DNA from: an uncultured delta proteobacterium
GTDB lineage: Bacteria > Myxococcota > UBA727 > VGSZ01
Reading direction: 5' to 3'
Assembly: GCA_963775425.1 (NCBI GenBank)
Contig: CAVZJB010000016.1
Coordinates: forward strand, 864,001-928,000
DNA length: 64,000 nucleotides
Numbering within the stretch: the stretch's first letter is position 1; the number at the start of each line of letters is the position of its first letter. This document shows, piece after piece, positions 1 to 10,668 of the stretch. The position numbers and the translations under genes were made by a program. The notes below the pieces were generated by a model that was not told where the DNA came from, made no database searches, and was given only the letters and a program-made list of their open reading frames with translations.

Positions 1-1134
1 GGGCACGATGCGCTTCAGGTTGTACGTGACGCCGACGCGCAGCCGCGTCGCCTCGCCCCGCCCCGCCCCGCGCGGCGCCGCGTGCTCCTGCCCCCGGGGC
101 AACGAGGAGCGGGCGGCCGCGCTGTCGACGACGGCGCCGAGCACGTCCTCGACGCGGGTCAGCCCCGCGAGCGCCGCCGACAGGTAGATGCCCGCGCCGG
201 GCTCGAGGCTCGGCAGCGCGTTCACCTCGAGGAAGTACAGGCGGCCGTCGTCGGTGAGGCGCCAGTCGATGCGGCCGAGGTCGCGCATGCCGAGCGCGCG
301 AAACGCCGCGGCGGACAGCTCCGTGATGCGGGCGCCGGCGGCGTCGTCGACGGGCGCGGGGCACTCGACGCTGACGGCGTCGGGCGAGACGCACTTCAGC
401 TCGTAGTCGTAGATGCTGTACTTGCGCGCGCCGGTGACGGCCTCGTCGAACTTGTACGAGACCGGCGCGAGCACGCCGCCCGTGGCCGGCGAGGCGCGCT
501 CGAGGAACGGCACCACGATGTCGCGGCCGACGATGAACTCCTCGACGAGGAGCCCCGAGGGGTACCTGGCGAGCATGTCGCGCACGCGCACCTCGAGCGC
601 CGCCGCGTCTTCGACGACGCTGTCGACGGTGACACCCTTGCTCGATCCCTCGTAGTTGGGCTTGACGATGACGGGGAACGTGAGCGCCGCGAGCGCAGCG
701 CGGGTCGCGGCGTCGAGCGCCTGGCGAGGCGCGGCCGCTCCGCCGCCGCCGGCGTCGACGAAGACCCAGCGCGGCGTCGGCACCCCGTGGTGGGCGACGA
801 GCATCTTGGTGAGCTGCTTGTCGAGCGTGAGCGCGCAGACGTAGGCGTCGCTGCCGGTGTACGGCAGGCCGAGCTCCTCGAAGAGGCCGGGGTAGAAGGC
901 TTCGCGGAACCTGCCGTGCGTGCCCTCCGCGGTGTTGAAGACGAGATCGGGTTGAAGCGTCTCGAGGCGCCGCACGAGCTCGCCGGCGGAGACGCCGCTC
1001 ACGTTGACGCGATCGACGTCGTGACCGAGGGCGCGCAGCGCGTCCGCGATGGCGGCCACCGTCTCTTCGCGGTCGAACTCCGCCTCGGCTTCGTCGTGGG
1101 AGGTCTGCAGGTTGTGGGTGAAGGCGATACGCAT
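1..1134 (-). CDS. D-alanine--D-alanine ligase-like ATP-grasp protein, apparently two tandem domains; runs off the left edge
   Basis: Own translation from ATG 1134: MRIAFTHNL...EAEFDREET...PDLVFNTAEG...FEELGLPYTGSD...LDKQLTK; a second N-terminal-like motif RLRVGVTYNLKRIVP starts at the window edge. Not in the ORF track because there is no stop in the window. Confidence 0.8.
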   Translation of the reverse strand, partial: MRIAFTHNLQTSHDEAEAEFDREETVAAIADALRALGHDVDRVNVSGVSAGELVRRLETLQPDLVFNTAEGTHGRFREAFYPGLFEELGLPYTGSDAYVCALTLDKQLTKMLVAHHGVPTPRWVFVDAGGGGAAAPRQALDAATRAALAALTFPVIVKPNYEGSSKGVTVDSVVEDAAALEVRVRDMLARYPSGLLVEEFIVGRDIVVPFLERASPATGGVLAPVSYKFDEAVTGARKYSIYDYELKCVSPDAVSVECPAPVDDAAGARITELSAAAFRALGMRDLGRIDWRLTDDGRLYFLEVNALPSLEPGAGIYLSAALAGLTRVEDVLGAVVDSAAARSSLPRGQEHAAPRGAGRGEATRLRVGVTYNLKRIVP

Positions 1135-1164
1135 TCGCCTCACGAATGCTAACTCCCGACGCCG

Positions 1165-2391
1165 ATGGCAAGACAGCACGGCGGCGCCCGGGGAAGATCA
1201 CGCGCGAGGCCACGGCAGGCGGCGGCGCCCGAGCGCGCCGACGTCTACCTCGGCGCGCCCGCGGTCGCCGACCTGCTCGCCGCCGAGCTCGCCGCCCTCG
1301 GGAAGAAGGGCGGCGTCGAGGTCGCCGCCGGCGCCGTCGCCGTCGCCGCCGGCGCGCTCGTCGACCCGTGCTTCGCGCGCACCGTGCTCCCCTCGGCCAC
1401 GCTCGTGTCCGCCCCGAACGCCAACGCCCTGGCCGCGGCCGCCCTCGACGCCGCCGCTCTCGATGCCGGGGCCCTCGATGCCGGGGCCCTCGACGCCGGG
1501 GCCCTCGACGCCGGGGCCCTCGGCGCCGGCGCCCTCGACGCCGGCGCCCTCGACGCCGCCACCCGCGACCCCGCAGCCCCCGTGCGCGGCGGCGAGGGCG
1601 CGCGGCCGCTCCCCGAGGACGCCGTCGTCGTGCTCCCCGACGTCGCGCGCCGCGGCAGCCGCGCGCTCGAGGAGCACCCGCTCACCGCGGCCCGGATCGA
1701 GCTGCAAGACGTCGTCGACAAGAAGCTCCTCGGCCGGCGCGACAAGCACGGCGCGCCCACCGCCCCCGGGCGCGCGCTCGACGTCCTCCTCGTCGACGCG
1801 TGGCGCGCGTGGGTCAGCGTCCACACGCGCGCCCCGGGGCCCGCGCTGCTCGCGTGGCCCGCGCGCTTCCCCGCGGGCCGCGCGCTCGCCGAGGATCCGC
1901 GCGACGCGCCGTCGTCGGCGCACAGGAAGCTCGACGAGGCGCTCGCCTGGCTCGAGATCGCCCCCGGCGAAGACGACGTCGTCTTGGACCTCGGCGCCGC
2001 GCCTGGCGGCTGGACCTGGACGTGCCTGCAGCGCGGCGCCCGCGTCGTCGCCGTCGACCGCGCCGACCTCGACCCGCAGATCGAGGCGCACCCGCGCGTG
2101 ACCCACGTGCGCGCCGACGCCTTCCGCTACACGCCCGAGCGCCGGCCCACCTGGCTCGTCTGCGACGTCATCGCCGAGCCGCAAAAGAACCTCGCGCTCG
2201 CCCAGGCGGCGCTGTCGTCGTCGGCGCTGCGCGCGCTCGTCGTCACCCTCAAGCTCAAGCGCCCCCTGGGCCTCGACGTCCTCGCGCAGGCCCGCGCCGT
2301 CGCCCGCCGCACCCCGGGGTTCTTCGGCCGCGTGAAGTGCCTGAGCGCCAACAAGCTCGAGGTCACCTTGATGATGAAGCGCGGCGCCTGA
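1165..2391 (+). CDS. RlmM/FtsJ-like rRNA 2'-O-methyltransferase
   Basis: PSSAHRKLDEAL, VLDLGAAPGGWT, VVAVDR, WLVCDV motifs. Confidence 0.75.
   Translation: MARQHGGARGRSRARPRQAAAPERADVYLGAPAVADLLAAELAALGKKGGVEVAAGAVAVAAGALVDPCFARTVLPSATLVSAPNANALAAAALDAAALDAGALDAGALDAGALDAGALGAGALDAGALDAATRDPAAPVRGGEGARPLPEDAVVVLPDVARRGSRALEEHPLTAARIELQDVVDKKLLGRRDKHGAPTAPGRALDVLLVDAWRAWVSVHTRAPGPALLAWPARFPAGRALAEDPRDAPSSAHRKLDEALAWLEIAPGEDDVVLDLGAAPGGWTWTCLQRGARVVAVDRADLDPQIEAHPRVTHVRADAFRYTPERRPTWLVCDVIAEPQKNLALAQAALSSSALRALVVTLKLKRPLGLDVLAQARAVARRTPGFFGRVKCLSANKLEVTLMMKRGA
1432..1560 (+). repeat. Coding 15-bp tandem repeat encoding (AGALD)n
   Basis: gccggggccctcgac-like units repeated in frame within the methyltransferase. 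Confidence 0.85.
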
Positions 2392-2401
2392 GGTCCCTTC
2401 G

Positions 2402-3739
2402 CTACGGGAGCCGGCGGCGGCGCACAGCGATGAGCCCCAAGAGCGCGAACGCGAGCGCCGTGCCGTCGACGCCCGCGCACGCGCAGGTGCCCGGCGGCGG
2501 AGGGCCCTCGCCCTCGCCTTCGCCGCCCACGTCGCCTTCGCCCTCGCCCTCGCCTTCGCCGCCGCCGCAGACGGCGTTGTCGCTGCAGTCGGGGTCATCG
2601 CAGTCGGTGAGGCCGTCGGCGTCGTTGTCCTCGTTGTCGTTGCAGGCGCTCTCGAGGAAGCGCGCGCACGCGGTGGCGCCGATGGTGCCGGTGGGGCACT
2701 TGCGGTAGCGGATGTCGTCCCAGCCCACCGTCGCCGTCCAGGTGGTGCCGTCCGTGCTTTCGGAGAACACGCCCGCCGACGTCAGCAGGTTCCTCCTGCC
2801 GCAGCCGACGAGCCCGGTGCCGTCGCGCCGGGAGAACAGGCAGTTGGTGGGCGTGTCGTCGGAGGTGGCGTCGACGAACGCGGCGTCGCCCGGGCCCATC
2901 TTGAAGTACGCGCCGCGCAACTGGGCGAGGGCGTAGCGCGTGTCGCCGAGGACGGCGACGTGCGTGACCGACGACGGCAGCGTGCCGAGAGCGACGGGGT
3001 TGTCGTACGGCGGCGCCGCCTGCAGCACGAAGCCGCCGCCGGACTGATCGAAGCCGCCGAAGAGCACGGCCTGGTCGTCGATGTCGAAGGTGGCGGCGAT
3101 GACCAGCGGGAAGTCCGCGTACGCCGCCGAGCAATCCTGCCAGGTGACGCCGCTGTCCTCGGAGGTGAACACCGCGGGCGCGGTGCTGGCGCCCACGTGG
3201 GTGCCCGAGATGACCATCCGCGTGCCGTCGACGCTGGCGGCGATGCGGGCGAAGGAGACGCCGTCCTGCTCGTCGAGGGCCGGCGACCACTGCTCGCCGC
3301 CGTCGATGCTGATCCACACGCCGTTGGCGCGCGAGAAGTCGGACGTGACGAGGAAGAGCGCGTCGTCCGACAGCGCCACCGCACCGATGCCGCGCGCCTC
3401 GAGCGGGCCCGACACCGCCTGGTACGAGCAGCCGAGATCCGACGACTCGAACAGGCCCGCGTGGCCCCCGATGAGCACCACGCCGTCGCTGCGCAACAGC
3501 GAGAAGGACGGCGGAAAGCCGGCGGGGTCGAAGGCCTCCTCGCACGCGCGCGCGTAGCCGCCACCGTCGGGCAGGAGCACGCCCGACGTCATGCCGCCGC
3601 CGACGAGCAGCCCGCTCTCGTTGATGTAGGGGACGAGCCCGCCCTCCTGCTCGCCCTCCGCCAGCGCGGGCAGCGCCGCCAGAGCCAGCGAGGCGAGCAG
3701 CGCGTATGCCCGGGGACCGGCCAGGAGAGCTCGGGTCAT
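2402..3739 (-). CDS. Exported BNR/beta-propeller-like protein with DxDxDGxxDCxDxDC motif, GE linker and MYXO-CTERM-like tail
   Basis: Signal peptide; SxDGG/SEDSGVTW BNR-like boxes; DNDADGLTDCDDPDC; C-terminus CACAG...hydrophobic...RRRR. Confidence 0.7.
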   Translation of the reverse strand: MTRALLAGPRAYALLASLALAALPALAEGEQEGGLVPYINESGLLVGGGMTSGVLLPDGGGYARACEEAFDPAGFPPSFSLLRSDGVVLIGGHAGLFESSDLGCSYQAVSGPLEARGIGAVALSDDALFLVTSDFSRANGVWISIDGGEQWSPALDEQDGVSFARIAASVDGTRMVISGTHVGASTAPAVFTSEDSGVTWQDCSAAYADFPLVIAATFDIDDQAVLFGGFDQSGGGFVLQAAPPYDNPVALGTLPSSVTHVAVLGDTRYALAQLRGAYFKMGPGDAAFVDATSDDTPTNCLFSRRDGTGLVGCGRRNLLTSAGVFSESTDGTTWTATVGWDDIRYRKCPTGTIGATACARFLESACNDNEDNDADGLTDCDDPDCSDNAVCGGGEGEGEGEGDVGGEGEGEGPPPPGTCACAGVDGTALAFALLGLIAVRRRRLP

Positions 3740-3786
3740 CGCCGGGAGCCTAACGCATGGGTCGCGCGACGCCATACGCTACCGGG

Positions 3787-4443
3787 ATGAGCGGAATGCC
3801 CCTGTGGTGGATGGCCGTCGCCATGGTCGTGCCGCTGTGCGGCCTGCTCCTCGCCGAGCTGCGAGGGGTGCGCGCCTGGGCCGTCGTGTGCAAGCCGGTG
3901 GCGTCTTTGGCCTTCGTGACGGCGGGGGTGCTCTTCCTCCCGCTGTCGTCGCGGGCGGCGGTGATGCTGCTCGTGGGCCTCGTGCTCTCGTTCGTCGGCG
4001 ACCTGCTGCTCATCCCCAAGGGCAGAAAGCTCACGTTCCTCCTCGGGCTCGGGAGCTTCCTCTGCGCGCACCTGGCCTACTCGCTCGCGTTCGTGCTGCG
4101 CGGGGTGAGCGCGCGCGGCGTGCTTTACGGCGCCGTCGCGCTCGTCGCCGCGGGCGTGCCGCTCGCGCGCTGGCTCTTTCCCCACGTCGACGGCGCCATG
4201 AAGCCCGCGGTGGCCGGCTACGTCGTCGCCATCACCGCCATGGTCGCCCTCGCGGCGGGCGCGGTCTATCCCACGGGCGCGCCGCTCACGCTGCTCGCCG
4301 GCGCCGCGCTCTTCTACGCGAGCGACCTCACCGTCGCCCGCGAGCGCTTCGTCCAGCGCTCGATGTGGAACGGCATCGTCGGCCTGCCGCTGTATTACGT
4401 GGCGCAGCTCCTGCTCGTCGACGGCCTCAGCCGCGCAGCATGA
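3787..4443 (+). CDS. Lysoplasmalogenase (YhhN/TMEM86 family) membrane protein
   Basis: KPVAS, GLVLSFVGDLLL, GLGSFLCAHLAY, GAALFYASD, LYYVAQ motifs; multiple TM segments. Confidence 0.85.
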   Translation: MSGMPLWWMAVAMVVPLCGLLLAELRGVRAWAVVCKPVASLAFVTAGVLFLPLSSRAAVMLLVGLVLSFVGDLLLIPKGRKLTFLLGLGSFLCAHLAYSLAFVLRGVSARGVLYGAVALVAAGVPLARWLFPHVDGAMKPAVAGYVVAITAMVALAAGAVYPTGAPLTLLAGAALFYASDLTVARERFVQRSMWNGIVGLPLYYVAQLLLVDGLSRAA

Positions 4444-4993
4444 AGAAGATGACGACGCCGGTGACGCTCACGTACAGCCAGATGGGGAACGCCACCCGCG
4501 CGACCTTCTTGTGCAGCCGGAACTTCTTCTTCGCCGCGAAGTAGACGACGACGGCGGCGAACAGGGGCACCAGCGTGGCGAGGATGGTGTGGGTGATGAG
4601 GATGCCGAGGTACAGCGGGCGGTACGCCCCCTGGTACGTGATGTGGCGCCCATCGAGGATGGCGAACGAGAGATAGCCGACGAGGAACAGCGACGAGGAC
4701 GTGAGCGCGGTGATCATCAGGTAGCGGTGGAGCACGCGCCGCCCGGTGCGCACCGCGATGAACCCCGCGAGGAGGAACGCGCCGGCGGCGCCGTTGAAGA
4801 ACGCGTCGTAGGGCCGGACGAACGACAAATCGACGTGGTCGCCGAGGGACGGCGCGCGGAAATAGACGAGGTAGAGCACGAACGCGGCGACGAGCGCCGC
4901 GGCGGCGACGGCGAAGGCGACGAAGCGGCGATCGGACGCGGCCGCTCCCTCCGGTCGACGAGCGGAGACCTCGGCGGCGCTCACGGCGCGCAC
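4427..4993 (-). CDS. DUF420 family membrane protein
   Basis: HRYLM...FLVGYL...ILITHTILA...HKKVARVAFPIWLYVSVTGV. Confidence 0.85.
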   Translation of the reverse strand: MRAVSAAEVSARRPEGAAASDRRFVAFAVAAAALVAAFVLYLVYFRAPSLGDHVDLSFVRPYDAFFNGAAGAFLLAGFIAVRTGRRVLHRYLMITALTSSSLFLVGYLSFAILDGRHITYQGAYRPLYLGILITHTILATLVPLFAAVVVYFAAKKKFRLHKKVARVAFPIWLYVSVTGVVIFFMLRG

Positions 4994-5376
4994 ACGTCGT
5001 TTTTGTGGCGGACGCGGCCGAGGGCGTCGCGCTCCCAGGCGTCACCGGCGAAGGCGCCGCGCCGGGCGACGACCTCGACGCGGTAGCCGGCGGGATCCGG
5101 GCTCACGCGGTAGGCGAAGCGCTGCTGTGCCAGGGGCGTGTCCATGGCGCGCAGGGCGGCTGTCATGCCGAAGCCGGCGTGGTCACGCTCCTCGCCGCAG
5201 CGGGCGCGCGCGGTGGCGTCGTGCGCGGCCAGGCCGAGGGCGCACAGCGCGGCGACGGCCACGGCGGCGACGCTGCCCGCCAGCGCCCGCAGCGCCCCCT
5301 CGACGACGGCGCTCCGCGCCACCTTGCGCTGGAGCCCCTCGACGAAGTGCAGCCCGATGCCGGCCGACGTCTGCAT
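4981..5376 (-). CDS. Hypothetical single-TM protein
   Basis: ORF fills the gap between neighbours; one hydrophobic stretch; start uncertain. Confidence 0.45.
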   Translation of the reverse strand: MQTSAGIGLHFVEGLQRKVARSAVVEGALRALAGSVAAVAVAALCALGLAAHDATARARCGEERDHAGFGMTAALRAMDTPLAQQRFAYRVSPDPAGYRVEVVARRGAFAGDAWERDALGRVRHKNDVCAP

Positions 5377-5414
5377 CCCGCGATCGTAGCGGCTCGTTCG
5401 GCCCGCGCCAGGGG

Positions 5415-5861
5415 TTACAGGAACCGCGACCGCATTTCCGGCGTCGGGACCATGCACGCGTCGCGCCGGCCGAAGACGCGGTAGCGGACGCGGGCGAAGA
5501 GGTTGTAGCCGAGGTCCCGCACGGGCCCCGGCACGATCCACAAAGGCGGCGCGAGCAAGCGATACAGGCCCTTGAGGCGCCACAGCACGCGCACCGCCGC
5601 CGCCGAGCGGACGAAGGCCTTGCCGTCCACGAGGAGGACCACGGTGTCGACGTCGAGCGAGAGCCCGTGCGCCGTCAACAGCGCGCGGCCGACGTCGGAC
5701 TGGAGCGAGGCGAACTTCATCTCGGGGGCGCGCTCGTGCTTGAGGACGATCTGCACCACGGCGTTACACACGTTGCACACGCCGTCGAAGAGCAACACCG
5801 GCCCCGCCGGCGCCTCGACGAGCGCGCGCGGCTCGGCCTCGGAGGCGCTGCGGGCGACCAC
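5415..5861 (-). CDS. DCC1-like thiol-disulfide oxidoreductase (DUF393)
   Basis: VLLFDGVCNVC, FASLQS, RDLGYNLFARVRYRVFG. Confidence 0.9.
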   Translation of the reverse strand: MVARSASEAEPRALVEAPAGPVLLFDGVCNVCNAVVQIVLKHERAPEMKFASLQSDVGRALLTAHGLSLDVDTVVLLVDGKAFVRSAAAVRVLWRLKGLYRLLAPPLWIVPGPVRDLGYNLFARVRYRVFGRRDACMVPTPEMRSRFL

Positions 5862-5862
5862 G

Positions 5863-8117
<2,255 letters not shown>

Positions 8118-8292
8118 CTCCCTGGCTCGACGACGACGGTGCCTGGCTGCGGAGGTGCACTGAACAGCCGTCCCCCGGGGCGACCAGCCCCGCGATCATT
8201 CGACGACCGACGAGCTGGTGACGACGACGGCGCCAAGAAGAGGACGCCCGTGAGCCGGCGCCGCGCTACCATGACCCGCTTTGAGGTCCCCC

Positions 8293-9909
8293 ATGCGCTC
8301 TTGCACGATTGCCCTGCCGCTCCTCCTGTGCACGCTGCTCCTCGGCGCGCTCTCCCTCGGCTGCCCGCCCAGCCCCGCGAGCGAGGGCGAAGGAGAAGGC
8401 GACGCCGGCGAAGGCGAGGGCGAGGGCGAAGGGGAAGGGGAAGGTGAGCCCGGCGAAGGTGAAGGCGAAGGTGAAGGAGAGGGTGAAGGAGAGGGAGAGG
8501 GCGAAGGAGAGGGAGAGGGCGAAGGAGAAGGAGAGGGCGAAGGAGAAGGAGAGCCCCCCTGCGTCGCCGACGGCGACTGCCACAACGGCCTGCGCTGCGA
8601 CGTCCCAAGCGGGGCCTGCGTCGTCTGCCTCGGCGACGCCGACTGCGATCAGCAGGCCGGCGAGAGCTGCGTCGACGGCGACTGCGTGCAGCAGTGCGCC
8701 CGCAGCGCCGACTGCGTCGCCGACCCCGCCCGCGCCGTCTGCGACACCACGCGCGGCCAGTGCGTGGGCTGCGTGACGTCCAACGACTGCGACTTCGGCT
8801 CCGTCTGCGTCGACGACGCCTGCGAGGCCGGCTGCACCGTCGACAACGACTGCGGCCCCGGCGCCGTCTGCGAAGGCGCCGCCGCCGGCGTCCTCGGCGA
8901 ATGCGTCGCCGCCTGCGCCGGCGACGCCGACTGCGCCCTCGGCACGCACTGCGACAACGGCACCACCTGCGTCCTCGGCTGCAACGGCGACGACACCCGC
9001 TGCGGACAAAACCAGGTCTGCGCCGGCGATCGCTGCGCCACGGCGTGCAGCGCCGCGCGCGACTGCCCCGCCGGCGAGCGCTGCGACGCCGCGGGCGGCG
9101 CCTGCATCGCCGGCTGCGCCACCAACGACGACTGCGCCGGCGCCATCTTCTCGACCACCCCGGTGTGCGACACCGGCACGGGCCAGTGCGTGGGCTGCCT
9201 CGCCGACGCCGACTGCACCGCCATCAACTCGAACCTCCAGTGCGACGAGCCCGCGCAGCAGTGCCGCAGGACTTGCGACCCTGCGCAGAACAACGGCACG
9301 TGCTTCGCCCAGTTCGGCGCCGGTACCTGCGACACCGACGGCCTCTGCGTCGAGTGCACCGTCGACGACGACTGCCGCGCCGGCGAGACCTGCACCAACC
9401 GGACGTGCACCGTGCCGCCGGCGGCGTCGCCGCTGTGTCAGGTGTGCAACAACAATCTCGACTGCGGCGGCAGCGGCAGCACGAACCAGTGCATCCGACA
9501 CCCCGAGAGCCCGAACGGCGCCAGCGAGACCGTCTGCGCCCAGGACTGCTCCGACGGCAGCGCCTGCCCGAGCGGCTTCTCCTGCGAGCTGGTCAGCGAC
9601 GTCGACGTGCGCGGCGGCGTCGTCACGGGCCAACAGTGCGTGCCGAGCAACAGCGCCGTCGCCTTCCCCACCTGCGACGCGCTCCGGGACACCCTCGACG
9701 CCGCGGCCTGCCTGGCCAACTTCGGCGCCGCCTGCGGCTTCGACGCGCCCGGGGCCGGCGACGGCGTCTGCCTGCCGCCCGACGCCAACAGCAACAGCGG
9801 GGTGTGTACCCTGCCCTGCGGGGCAGCCACCGACTGCCCCGACGGCTTCACGTGTGAATCCGTCGCGTTCCCGGATTTCCCGGTGGACGCCGCCTGCGTT
9901 CCTCTGTGA
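8293..9909 (+). CDS. Cys-rich repeat lipoprotein with long (GE)n linker
   Basis: Lipobox LSLGC; (GE)n at about 8382-8553; many CxxDxDC repeats. Confidence 0.8.
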   Translation: MRSCTIALPLLLCTLLLGALSLGCPPSPASEGEGEGDAGEGEGEGEGEGEGEPGEGEGEGEGEGEGEGEGEGEGEGEGEGEGEGEGEPPCVADGDCHNGLRCDVPSGACVVCLGDADCDQQAGESCVDGDCVQQCARSADCVADPARAVCDTTRGQCVGCVTSNDCDFGSVCVDDACEAGCTVDNDCGPGAVCEGAAAGVLGECVAACAGDADCALGTHCDNGTTCVLGCNGDDTRCGQNQVCAGDRCATACSAARDCPAGERCDAAGGACIAGCATNDDCAGAIFSTTPVCDTGTGQCVGCLADADCTAINSNLQCDEPAQQCRRTCDPAQNNGTCFAQFGAGTCDTDGLCVECTVDDDCRAGETCTNRTCTVPPAASPLCQVCNNNLDCGGSGSTNQCIRHPESPNGASETVCAQDCSDGSACPSGFSCELVSDVDVRGGVVTGQQCVPSNSAVAFPTCDALRDTLDAAACLANFGAACGFDAPGAGDGVCLPPDANSNSGVCTLPCGAATDCPDGFTCESVAFPDFPVDAACVPL

Positions 9910-9977
9910 AGTTCCTACCGTGAGAGGGTCACCGCGCCCCGTCGCAGACGCGGCCGCGGCAAGCACAGGAGACAGCG

Positions 9978-10589
9978 ATGTGGCGCTACGACGATGACGA
10001 CGACGATCACGACAACGACGGCAAGAAGAGCAAGAAGCCCGGTCGTATGGAGGACCGCCTCCTCGACGCGCGCACGCTGATCATCGCCGACGAGGTCAAC
10101 GACGCGCTCTATCGGCGGGTGGCCACCATGCTCACCCTCCTCGAGCGCAAGGATCGCAAGGCGCCCATCACGGCGTTCGTGAACTCGCCCGGCGGGTCCG
10201 CGGACTCGGGCTTCGCCATCTTCGACCTGTTCCGCTTCTCGCCCTGCCCCATCACCACCGTCGCCAACGGCGTGGTGGCGTCGGCGGCGGTGCTCATCTT
10301 CCTCGGCGCCCCCCAGGGCCGCCGGGTGAGCCTGCCCAACGCGCGCTTCCTCCTGCACCAGCCCTCGACGGCCACGCGCGGGCAGGCGAGCGACATCGAC
10401 ATCACCGCGCGCGAGATCTCCAAGCTGCGCCACCGCTACAACGAGGTCGTGAGCGAGGCCACCGGCAAGCCCATCGAGGTCGTCGAGAAGGACAGCGATC
10501 GCGACTTCTGGCTCACGGCGCAGGAGGCCGTGGACTACAAGCTCGCCAACCGCATCTTCACGTCGCGCGCGCAGCTCGAAGAGCTCTAG
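9978..10589 (+). CDS. clpP: ATP-dependent Clp protease proteolytic subunit
   Basis: VNSPGGS, VASAA (Ser), RFLLHQP (His), DRDFWLTAQEAVDY (Asp). Confidence 0.9.
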   Translation: MWRYDDDDDDHDNDGKKSKKPGRMEDRLLDARTLIIADEVNDALYRRVATMLTLLERKDRKAPITAFVNSPGGSADSGFAIFDLFRFSPCPITTVANGVVASAAVLIFLGAPQGRRVSLPNARFLLHQPSTATRGQASDIDITAREISKLRHRYNEVVSEATGKPIEVVEKDSDRDFWLTAQEAVDYKLANRIFTSRAQLEEL

Positions 10590-10668
10590 CGGACCGCTCG
10601 GAAGGCGCGAGCGCCCATCGGTGACTCGGGGCATTGCCCCGGGGCAGCGCCCTTGGGACCATCCGCGC

